Source: Lingula anatina (taxonomy: Eukaryota; Animalia; Brachiopoda). Taken from it: DNA of 64,000 nucleotides. Below are positions 53,097 through 64,000 of this stretch, piece after piece (position 1 is the first letter of the stretch; each line of letters starts with the position of its first letter). Where the stretch lies: contig CM120644.1 of assembly GCA_051362555.1 (NCBI GenBank), forward strand, positions 12,670,567-12,734,566, written 5' to 3'. A model generated the notes under the pieces. That model did not search any database and was not told the DNA's origin. It saw only the letters and a list, made by a program, of their open reading frames with translations. The translations under genes and the position numbers were made by a program.

Positions 53097-55624
53097 CTAA
53101 AGATCTAGTTTATATCCAAAATAACTCGCGTCTTCCTTGTAAATATCCCAGACTTGCCTAGCCAATCTTTGGTCAATCCCGCTGTAGTATTTGTGTATTA
53201 GCGTCTGGTTGCTAGGGATCTCGACCTTGCGGTGGGATTGCGGGAATTGACTTATCAAGTTTTCAGCATCAAGCAGATGAAAAAGGTTTGCTGCATCAGT
53301 TTGTAGAGTTTCGTGATGAACAATGATGTCGTATCCGATATAACAGGGTCTGCAAAAGTCGTCAACTAAATTCCAGTGAATATTGTCTGCTCCATTATCC
53401 GCTATGTATCGAAGTAAATCCCAAAATGTCATGTCTTTGCTTTTTGAAATATTCCTGTTGTACTGTTGGTTGATATAAGCTCTCACTCCTGGACCTAGCT
53501 GGTGTTGCACTTGCTCCTTGAAAACTGACACAATTCGTTCTAATGGGTGACGCACAACTAAAACCTTCAGATAATTTTTCATGCGCATTATTCTTTCACT
53601 GTTGTTGAATTTGACTAACCGGGTAAAGGTTTGTTTCTTGTTCTTGTTGGATGTTAGATTTGATGAAGAAAAATGTCCAGTTAGCATGTTATATACTATT
53701 TTCCAGTTACGACTTGCGGCTTTATACATAAAACACAAAATGAGTTTGTGTTTGTCATCCACAAGAATCCATTTTGCACTTAAATTTTGGGAGTATGAAA
53801 CATTTCTTATGTTGCGGCATCTGTCTTGTAACATACTTTTTCTCCTATTGATAACTGACACCCATTCATCTGGCACCTTGTTCCAACTGAATGACTGAAA
53901 GAATATTGTAAAAAGTTACCTCAACAGAGAAACATGGTTATGGGTAAAAAGGAGGTCAACAAAGATCAGCGTGGAGGCAGAGGATCCAGTGGCGCAGCTC
54001 AAATCTCTGCAGTTTGACGGGGTTTAAATAGTTGAAATGCATATGTGATAATGTAATTTGATACAGAATTGTAGTTTTGAGATTATATTTACTTTTGTCT
54101 CAAATCTATAGTTGCCAATGTGCGTAATTACTGTAGCACTGAGATGTAAGAATGGTGCGTTTTCAACGCTATTAACCATCAAAATACATGCAAAGCAAAA
54201 TAAAAGAATGGCGGCGACCCTGATGTTTTTATGTGCAAACACGAAGTGAATAGAAATGTTTCATCAAACGGGTGAAGTCATTGAAAAATAAGTTGAGAAA
54301 TGTATACAGAAATGCCTGCCAGATTGTACCAGTACGTATCAACTTTCATTCTCCCCGGATTTGTTACAAATTATGGAGGTACACCTGTATTAACTGTCAT
54401 CACTTTAAGTAATCAGAAACTGCATGTGTACTAAGCCTCGCATCTCGATCAAGGCACTAATGTTGTTAGAATTTTGAGAGTGAAGTTGTGAAATCTGAAC
54501 AATGTCTTTCAGTTTTTAAAAGAACATCGTTTATGCAACGTAGAAAGATTATCAAATATACGAATGTTATGAAGTGGTGAATGTATTCGGCCAGGTCACT
54601 TTTAAGCGTGTCAATTTTCTTTCTAAGTAATGGCTAGGTCATCAACGAATGTCTTACGGAGTTTACAGTTTGGCCAACCAGTGCAAGAGCAAGAGGTCAG
54701 GTCACAGATTACAAATAACGTCTGTGACGTGCATCATTGTAAAATAGGTCAAGACGTAATTATCACACTTTGTGTCTCACTGGTTAGTCATATAAGCCCC
54801 CAAATCTAAGCATTCTACCTATCCTCAAAATTTCATCAAAATCCGCCCATGACTTTTTTCATAATGCCGCGGACAGACAAACTAACTAACAGTAAGGAAA
54901 ATATTACCTCCTTGGCGGAGGTAATTGGTTGCGAAATGTACGGAGAAATACCTGCCAGATTTTAGCATCTATAGCATCATGTTCTAGATGGTATTTATGT
55001 GTAACGTTGGAGAAGTTGATAAGTGTGACGTCCCCATGACTTGCAGCTTCCTTTCGGAGAAAAGGGCGGATCTCAGGTTGGCGGTGGCTAACTGGAAAAT
55101 CTTGTACATACATTCATATTGATATTTCATGAACTTCAATTGAAGAGCTTTAATCCCTTTTTCAATTATCATACAGTAATTTTGATTACGTCCATGGAGT
55201 TAAGTGGGCTGAGATTTTGAAAAGGTCATCAAAAAACTTGAAATCTTTTAATTTTTTATTCTCTCAAGTTGATATTTTCTATCTCAGAATCATTTTTCAT
55301 TTCATTTTCCATTAAGGATATTGTTATATCCTTAAATCAACGATATAATTTTCATATAATTTTTATTCCATCGATAGTTGTTTTGAACGAGATTCAATCA
55401 AAAACTTAATAGCAAGCAATTCTGTTTCACATGTTATGCACTGTCCCTTTGACAATTGTTTGCTCGACATTTTTAATCGAACAGAAACTAAATTTTATGT
55501 CATTTTTACAAGAAGTCAAAGTATAATTACCTGGAGCGGTACCCATCCAATGCAAATACAACAGTATTGCAGAGCACATAGTGACCAGTAAAACCAGTAC
55601 CTTGAAGATCCTTTTCAGTGCCAT
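53097..55624 (-). CDS. Carbohydrate sulfotransferase copy F, about 343 aa
   Basis: Exons 55531-55624 (MALKRIFKVLVLLVTMCSAILLYLHWMGTAP), 54952-55091, 53097-53894. The catalytic domain is of the copy A type (LCFMYKAASRNW). Confidence 0.88.
54330..54925 (-). mobile_element. Second HINE/DINE-like element fragment in intron 2 of copy F
   Basis: Minus strand begins with the palindrome ATTACCTCC-GCCAA-GGAGGTAAT, followed by a GTTA/GTTT/GTCT simple-repeat tract. The left boundary is approximate. Confidence 0.5.
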
Positions 55625-56772
55625 TATAAGAACAACCCTTTATCCAGACAAGAGTCGTTAAAGTTAAAATTATGTAATTTGTCTGTATTTTAAGTTGTTG
55701 TTTGCAATCACTTGCAATAAGCATTAAAATTAACGTAGTATGATGAAACTCGTTTAAATACGCTCATACCAGTACGGCATACATATTTCAGTATGATCAT
55801 GCAATTGTGGCTTGGTTGTGCATCACGAAACAACAAGGTTTGACCCGAAATATTACACAGTAATTCCACACTCAGGAACGAGTTTACGTTATCAGATCTA
55901 AAGCTGAAGCTCCTGTGCGGTGTGGATATAATTTTACGCAATAGGGGGTTTCTGCAAGTAATTATAGGCCTACATTATTTACTATCATCTAGGAGTTATG
56001 ATTTATGTTCTAGATTGAATTCAAATGTCAAATGACACTACTAAGTACTTCGTGGCATATTGATTTATTGATTAGTCTCAAATTACTCTCAGTTTCAACC
56101 TCAAACGGTGGAGTGAATACACCAGAAAACAAAAACAACTTCCCAAATGCAAATTGTGAGAAATCATGATCAGCCATGTAACGTTCGGTGCAGAAGCAAG
56201 ACTGGCTATTATTCTGCTTCTTTAAACACTATTCCCATTTGTACAGTAACTACAGATCTCTTCTTCTGATTTACTAAATCTAAACAACTTTCCGTCATGT
56301 CATTTAAAGAGATAAACAAAACACAACCGATATAAAATACCGCGATATAATCATTTATTCCTTTAACTTTATGAAAAATAGCAATATTTCAAACGAGATG
56401 GAGAAGATATTTCTATTGCAGATATAAGATAAGTATGTGAATGAAAACGACGAGAAAAAAATCCAAAAAACATGATTTTGCTGAGAGCAAGGTTTTGTCC
56501 CACCTTAAACGCGGACTTTAAATGGATGTTAATTAATTACTTTTAAGCTTTTGATTTACCAATATACTCAAAATATACTGATGTATATACTTTGCGTTGC
56601 GTTCTGTGTATTTTCATCTCAAATTCCATCCACCTTTCATTAATCAACGATTGTTTAAAACATGCCTTATAATATTTCTCCAAATTTTATCAATAGTTGT
56701 TTTGAACTAGACATAATCAATACTTGTGTTATTGTTATCAAGCAGGTACAAAGATTTAAACAATATGCTTAC

Positions 56773-56849
56773 CCTTCCAATACAGCAAGAACAATATTGC
56801 AGAGCAGTATGTTATTACCAGTAGCACGACAGACCTTTTTCCATGCCAT
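56773..56849 (-). pseudogene. Frameshifted copy of the AWKK-type sulfotransferase first exon
   Basis: 77 nt versus 79 nt in copy E (2-nt deletion after MAWKKV). The donor GTAAGC is retained. Confidence 0.7.
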
Positions 56850-57036
56850 TGTAATATTAAGTATCTAATATCACCATGGATGACTGCTTCTCTAACCGAT
56901 GGATTCTCACTTACACAAGTAAACCTTTCACTCCCACGATCAACCCCAGATACGTTGATCTAAAACTTCACGTAAGTGTGTGCGACAGAATCCAAGTCAA
57001 CCACAAGGCTAAATTAACGTATCTCTGCTTTATTAA

Positions 57037-57657
57037 AGCAATAATAACTCTTCCTTTGAGATTCAAAATTCCGCATGAAATACATTGTAAACAACGCATG
57101 GAAATATATTCTATTGTATTTTACCACTAAAACGGCCGTTATTGTAGTAAAACTAAAATATGTGCTTGTCAATAGGGCTTACGATGCTTTCATCAAGGCA
57201 TTCGTTGCTAATGACGTAATGGTGTCACGCGGATTCTCGCGTTCATTCGAGACCAAAATAACATATGGCGCCAAACGCATTAATGCGGACGCAGACGTAA
57301 GTTGCGAGTTTTTGTACAGTGCGTCGGATAACGAAAAGCCCAGAATGGCACACATTGTGGATATTAATGTATTTTTAACAAAAAGACGAATATATCTCAT
57401 GAATCTTATATAGTGTTGTTGTTGTCTGCTTTTCCCGCGGTTTTAAGTAGGTCAACAGTGACTATGCGATGTCAGAGAGAGCTCCGTCAGTTAAAATCTC
57501 TTAAGAGATTTTAACAAAAAACCGTACGTTTAGGAAAAAAACCCTGGATTATCTTTGAATGCAGGAATGGGGTCGCTGACCATTGGTAAGTACGGGAAAA
57601 TTGCCGTTTACTCCAGGAAAATCCAATTTTTGGCCAAAATGAAGAGTTATTATGACT
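57037..57657. mobile_element. Older Kolobok-like element, same family as 19598-19935
   Basis: TTAA-AGCAATAATAACTCTTC ... GAAGAGTTATTATGACT-TTAA. Its last 170 bp or so resemble 19770-19935. The paralogous site near 48345 is empty. Confidence 0.75.
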
Positions 57658-58339
57658 TTAAGCAAGTGACGCGGAGTCATTACAAGAAGTGGCTTTTATA
57701 TACCCTCAAATAGGGCGATCGACAGATTGATTTTTCACAAGATATTCACAGATATGTCTTTAGATAAATAGTCAGTCATTTGATTCTCTGGCTATTTGAA
57801 AATTTGCCTATAATATCTGCTTTCCAGGTAGAGGGTAGCTTTTATACATATTTTATCTGTCATTACAATCTCTTAAACGGATTCAGTGCTGCAAGTTTGC
57901 CCGCCAAGACTAAATTACTTATAATTACGTCCTTTACTCGTCAGGATTGCCTTTTGAATTCGGGTCGATCCCGACAAAGGGTTACATTTTATTTTGCGAG
58001 GAATTTATGAATGCAGTATGAAAAATACTAACCTTCGCATTTATTATATATTTATGCATTTTTGTGGCGTAAACATCCACAGATGGAGGTGAAATACCAG
58101 TACATCATGCATACTTCAATCTCATGTGCGGTACGACTGATTCATTCTCATATATTCGGTCTCTTTAAGGCGACACGATTGATGAGTCTACCGAAAAATG
58201 TTTTATTTTATTTTTAGCAAACTTAATAGTGTTTGAATTAATTTTAAAACGTTTAGGTATTTTATAAACCATAGACGTGTTGGGAATATATAAGTATTTT
58301 ATTGCCTGTTCCCAAGAGCGTTAAATGCCCCTACACTCA

Positions 58340-58591
58340 AATTCCCCCCTGTCTCATTTAACGCTCACTTACGGTTCTCAATCTGTCCGAGAACATAATG
58401 TTTTTTTCACTTTTTAATGAAAAATGTTCTTAATCTGTTCTAGGACATTCTGAAGGACTTCGCAAAAACAGTTCTAGGACTGTTACATTCATTACAGAAC
58501 AACATAATAGCTGTAAAAAAATACACCAAATGTTCTAAATTAGATTGGGAACTGTAAGTGAACGTCAAATGGAACAGATTTTCGCAGGAGT
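58340..58591. mobile_element. Small MITE-like insertion
   Basis: Imperfect inverted arms CATTTAACGCTCACTTACGGTTCTCAATCT / AGATTGGGGAACTGTAAGTGAACGTCAAATG. Absent at the paralogous site near 29045. Confidence 0.55.
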
Positions 58592-58947
58592 AGTGTCTTC
58601 ATTCAAAAAGTCTCCGTTGCAATATTAGCCTTGAGATAACTTTTAACTGTCGAGCTTGAGGGCCCCGTGGCACCGGTAGCACCGGTAACTGAGGCATAGC
58701 AGTTGCGCCCGAGTAACTTCAGCGCAAAACGATACGTCCGAGAAAAACCAGTTGCACCAAACTGGAGTAGTATTTTCACCAGTTTTAACTTGGTCGTAAA
58801 TTCACGCCTGCCTTTTAGGTGGTGTATGTCGGCCGTAGCTTGTTTGCCACTATTGTACTTATAATGTGAAAATGTGTGTTATTATTTGTTCGTTTCTTTT
58901 ACAAGTCTGTATAACTGTGCAGCGCGGCTTCGTTTTCAAAACGCATT

Positions 58948-60908
58948 CCCAGCGGGCACTCAACGTTGATTCAACATTGAGGATAGGTTGAGATGATGTT
59001 GATCCATCAATATTGATAGATCAACAAGATCTCAACATTGAATCAACCTTTTCTTGTCAACCAATATTCAATGTTGATAGATCAACAGGGTCTCAACATT
59101 GATTTAACCTTTCTTTGTCAATCAATTTTCAATGTTGATAGATCAACAGGATTTCAACATTGAATCAACCTGTGTTTGTAAACCCTTTGTCAATGTTGAC
59201 ATATCAACTGGATCTCAACATTGGGTCAACCTTAACCTTATAACCTTAATCATAACCTTGATAATAGTTTTAAATGATTATCTCACTAGAGAGGTATGCA
59301 TAGGGTAATTACCCCTCATAAAACGCTTGTTTTACCCCTTTTTCATTAAAATTAATTTTGTGAAAAAAGCGGTCGTCAGTTTTTTTTTAAACTTTCCAGA
59401 TTTGATGTTCAGGTTATCTTAAAAAAAAAAAGAAAAAAACATAGGGTCACCAGCCTTACTTTATGGCAAATGGACAAAATTTTACTCAAGGTTGAAGAAA
59501 AAGCTTGAAAAAGCCAAAAATGCCTGTTTTTCTGGAAATTTAAGTTAGCTGTGAGAAAAAATTAGACGGGTGACCCTTTGTTTTTGTTTTCTTAAAATTA
59601 TCTTAACTACCTGATGTGACGTTATTGTGTTAATTATTTTAGTAAAGCTAATTTGTTGTTTAATTTTTATGAGTAATTGCCGTACGTATGTGCCTGAATA
59701 CTTCTATAATGTAAATGAAGTGCGGGACTGTTATTAAGGGCGAGACTCCGGATAACATGAACTGATGCAACACGTGAGTGTGGACAGTGTGTAACAATTT
59801 TACAGTACAAAAACTGTACTTTTTTAACTGTACTTTGTGAGGCCACACTATCAGGAGGATCGTTCAACAGATAAGGACATGGAAAACGGTGACATTGCGT
59901 CTTCAAAACCCCACACTATCAGGAGGATCGTTCAACAGATAAGGACATGGAAAACGGTGACATTGCGTCTTCAAATCCCCACACTATCAGGAGGATCGTT
60001 CAACAGATAAGGACATGGAAAACGGTGACATTGCGTCTTCAAAACCCCACACTATCAGGCGGATCGTTCAACAGATAAGGACATGGAAAACGGTGACATT
60101 GCGTCTTCAAAACCCCACACTATCAGGCGGATCGTTCAACAGATAAGGACATGGAAAACGGTGACATTGCGTCTTCAAAACCCCACACTATCAGGAGGAA
60201 CGTTCAACAGATAAGGACTCAGAAAACTGTGACATTGCGTCTTCAAAACTTAACTGTCTACGAATCTGTTAGAATTTAACTGTATTTGACAAATGTTAAA
60301 GTTTATGCAACATGATAGTATTAGTTAGTGTATGTAGTGTATGTTCATTGTTTGTAATATATTATATTCATATTTAAATTAGTTGTTGTTTGTCTTTTTT
60401 TATGTTCGGGCTGTTTTGGTCCGTACATCATGCATACTTCATTCTCATGAGCAACAAACTGGAAAGTTTTAAAAGAATCTGACGACCCATAGGTGGATAC
60501 AGGGGCCTGTCCCGGTGTCTGGACCTCCCCCCTTTTCTTCCGAAATTACCTTTTTTTGTAGGTAATTTTCCTAATTTTCCCCCCTTTTCAGATCTGAGTC
60601 TTTTTTTTTCAAGAAATGCTTGATATCTTGGAGAACACCTTCAGCCATCAGGCAAATTTCAATCAAATATCCTGATAGCCTAATTGATATATCAACGTTA
60701 ATTCAATTTTCAAATTCAACTTAATTTCAACATTGATTCAACATTGAGGTATCAATGTTGATTCAACATTGATACCTCAAGGTTGATTCAACCTTAATGG
60801 TTCAACGTTGATTCAACTTTCATAGTCAAAGTCATATCAACATAGTTTCAAAGTTGACCGTCAAAGTTGATTCAACATTGATACCTCAAGGTTGATTTGC
60901 CCGCTGGG
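58948..60908. mobile_element. Non-autonomous EnSpm/CACTA (CMC)-like DNA transposon
   Basis: TIR CCCAGCGGGCA ... TGCCCGCTGGG with TT on both flanks (2-bp TSD). Dense subterminal TCAAC(G/A)TTGA repeats at both ends. Confidence 0.8.
59843..60249. repeat. 68-bp tandem repeat, 6 copies, inside the EnSpm-like element
   Basis: CCACACTATCAGG starts at 59843, 59911, 59979, 60047, 60115 and 60183. Confidence 0.93.
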
Positions 60909-60961
60909 TTACAATATATATACAATATATTATATTACTCGTACAGGAAAAACGTTTTAAC

Positions 60962-61021
<60 letters not shown>

Positions 61022-61669
61022 GTGGGTGTGTTCGTGTGTGTGAAACGTCGGCATAGTTACTGCTGACTAGGCTGTGAGTGGTGTTTCATACGTTTTGCAT
61101 GGGCTTCCTCCTGTTTCTTCCCTTCAACGGCACTGACACCAGATCGCACAGTGCTTCTCCATCCAACTCAGTCATGGGTCAGTGACTCCCAGACTGAAGA
61201 AGGATTTCAGCCTGCTTCAAATGTGCGTGTGGGGCACGTTTATACCCGAGCTTTGACAAATACTCTGCGTTGAACTCAAATTTATACCGTGCCAAAATTG
61301 AGAACCATTTAATCTTCAGAAACAATCAAACCGTACCACTAAATTATGTCCTGTTATAGTTCTTTGTGTGTTTTCAAATGAATTATTTTTTTAATATCCT
61401 CAGAGGACCGAATATTTTATTTCACCTCAAGACCTTTAAATAAGTTTTATTAACTTTATCCTCATTTAGTGAGTTTGACAATTTATATTACTGTACAATC
61501 CAACTGTTTTAGTTGCAAATAAACATTATTATTATTATTTTTATTATTATATTCGTTTTCCATGCGGTTTACGAGCTGCGCTATATCACAAATTGCAACA
61601 TCGCAATATTCACTGGTGAAAATAAAATGTGAAATACTCCAAAATTAGCAGGGATACGCCCATACTAAT

Positions 61670-62045
61670 GCACTTGAAAAGGAAATCAAATACTGGCAAT
61701 CTCACTGTGACCTTGAAATCGACCTTTGACCTACTTTTCACCATGAACCACACTTTGCAAATTTCCAAGGTCTCATAGTTACTAATGAATTCGGGAAGTC
61801 CTATATTCACAATCTTACCGCAATCTTGGATTTGATCTTTTACTTTTCCCCACGATTTTCTTATGAATGGTAATTTTCTAAAAAAAATTGAGAACTTTTG
61901 TTTACTGCATTTTGTATAGCTTGTCAAGCACAGCACTGGAGGTCGTGTCCCTTTTTTTTTTTTTTTTTTTTCCAAGACGAATGAGCTTACTTCAACTGGT
62001 GGTACAATACCCGAAGGCCGTGCCGTCTCTCTGATCCTTTGGTTT
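61670..62045 (+). mobile_element. 3' remnant of the HINE family
   Basis: One degenerate 146-bp-type unit plus the 3' end CTGGTGGTACAATA...CTCTCTGATCC. Confidence 0.65.
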
Positions 62046-62180
62046 TAAACGAAATTTAATCAAATATTTTGTAATAGCATGTTATGCAGTGTCCCTTTAA
62101 CAATTGTTTGCTTGACATTTTTAGTCGAGCAGAAATCAAGTTTTATGTTATCATTTTTAAAGAAGTCAAAGTATAATTAC

Positions 62181-62267
62181 CTGGAGCATCCAATGCAAAT
62201 ACAACAGTATTGCAGAACACATAGTGACCAGTAAAACCAGTACCTTGAAGATCCTTTTCAGTGCCAT
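62181..62267 (-). CDS. Orphan or alternative first exon (ALKR type) upstream of copy F, phase-0 variant
   Basis: MALKRIFKVLVLLVTMCSAILLYLHWMLQ|GTAATT; 87 nt, a 7-nt deletion relative to 55531-55624. About 1 kb of flanking sequence is co-duplicated. Confidence 0.4.
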
Positions 62268-64000
62268 TATAAGAACAACCCTGTCAGCATGCAGCAATCG
62301 TCAAAGTTAAAGTTATATATTAATATTGATGTGCTTTAAATTGCTTTTGGCAGTCGCTTGCAGTAGGCATTACAAATTAATACGGTATTAATTAAGGAAC
62401 ACCTTTAGCCTGTTTTAAATACGCTCTTACCAGTATGGCATATATATTTCAATATGGTCATGTAAGTATGGCTTGGTTGTGCAAAACAAGGTTTGGCCTG
62501 AAATATAAGCCAGTAAGACCTTCCTCAGGAACGAATTTATGTTAACAAACCTAAAGATGCAGCTCCAAAATGTGTGCGATTTGGATGTAAATTTACATAT
62601 TAGACTAACAAGTAACTACTAACTGATCACCTAGGATTTATGATTTATGTTCTAGATTGATTTCAAATGGCAAATGACACTGCTAAGTACTTCGTGGCTT
62701 ATAGATTTATTGATAAGTTTCAAGTGACTTCCGGTTTCACCCTCCAACGGTGGAGTGAAAACAAATAAAGATATTTCACCAAATTCAAACTGTGAGAAAT
62801 CGGCCGTTTAATGTTCAGTGCAGAACCAATACTGCCAGTTATTCTGATTCTTTTAACACCATTCCCATTTGTACAGTAATTACAGATCTCTTCTTCTGAT
62901 TTACTAAATCTAAACGCCTTCCCTTCATTTCATTTAAAGAGATAAACAAAACACAACCGATATAAAATACCGCGATATTACCATTTATCCCTTTATGAAA
63001 AAATAGCAATATTTCAAACCAGATGGAGAAGATACTTTTATTGCAGATATAAGATAAATATGTGAATTAAAACGACGAGAAAAAAATCCGAAAATCATGA
63101 TTTTGCTCAGAGCAAGGCTTTGTCCCACCTTAAACGCGGACTTTAAATGGATGTTAATTAATTTCTTTTAAGCTTTTGATTTACCAATATACTCAAAATA
63201 TACTGATGTAAATATTGTGCGTTGCAATGGTCTGTTTTAAAAACAGAATCATGTGGCATTATGATTTAATAACAAAGAAGGCATTCCAATAGCTTTGCAG
63301 TACTAGGTGAGTCAAATACGAAACATAATGGTTGGCATGCTTTGAAGTGTAGTGTGTTATAAATAACGAACAGATTTTATTTTACTACAAGAACATTTAA
63401 CATTACATCTCGGCTACATTCGGCCACTATCCCCCGGTATTTACAAACTGACGCTCTCCTTAATAACACGTATGACACTGGACTATTATTTGTCCTATTC
63501 CAAAATCTTTAATTTCTTACAGTTCTTTGGGAACAGGTCCACTTGTTGAATCAAATTTGTTCTAGGAAACGGATTTGATTGTGAACCTAGACAATACCTC
63601 AAATGTTTAAATAAACATCTCTGTTGAACATAGTGGGAAAAAATATTAAAAATTATGTAAAGCAATATGGCTTCTATACGTGCCTTGTGGCCATCACGGT
63701 CGTCCATGTTCTATATATTTTTTTCAACTAAGAGAGAGTTGTAAGCTTGTTGCAGACTTAATAACTTTGCTAATGATGTTGACTTTTCTGTCTGTAATCA
63801 AATCTCTCCGGTCAACGGCAACGTTGGTGGATAAAACAAAAAGGCAAAGTTTCACTTTTCTTTTCTTGTCTATCAATAGAATATCATAACCATTTAAAGC
63901 AAAACTCACAACACTAACTCCGGTACTATATGGTCCAGTCTGCACATTTTCGAATTCCAGCGTATAACAAAACGTACTTTTCACATCAAGAAAAACTGAT

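Noticed and set aside
59843-60249. CRISPR-like array (also considered for the 75-, 146- and 182-bp repeats)
   Set aside because: Whole units repeat with no unique spacers, there are no cas genes, and the context is eukaryotic.

Overview
AT-rich, intron-containing animal genomic DNA; the transposon complement suggests a marine invertebrate such as a mollusc, which is an inference. From left to right: (1) the right-hand 4.8 kb of a decayed, intron-containing Ginger1-type DNA transposon (GIN1-like integrase zinc-finger exons, a PHD-finger exon, TGT terminus flanked by CCGG). (2) A 496-bp tandem TRIM with three 132-bp LTRs, two 50-bp PBS/PPT spacers and a 4-bp TSD. Each LTR carries a complete tRNA-like cloverleaf, and the element lies about 110 bp upstream of the TEX10 ATG. 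(3) A complete TEX10/Ipi1 gene with 15 coding exons (+, 6053-15399, about 880 aa). (4) A convergently oriented tandem array of six 3-exon Golgi carbohydrate sulfotransferase genes (Sulfotransfer_2/CHST8-14-like, minus strand). The array shows mosaic copies, a non-canonical PAPS loop, one stop-loss copy, spare first (membrane-anchor) exons and co-duplicated TEX10 3' exons. It is interspersed with Kolobok-like, Helentron-like (HINE), EnSpm-like and MITE insertions. All gene models were assembled by eye from splice sites and reading frame. Family assignments rest on recalled motifs, not database searches.
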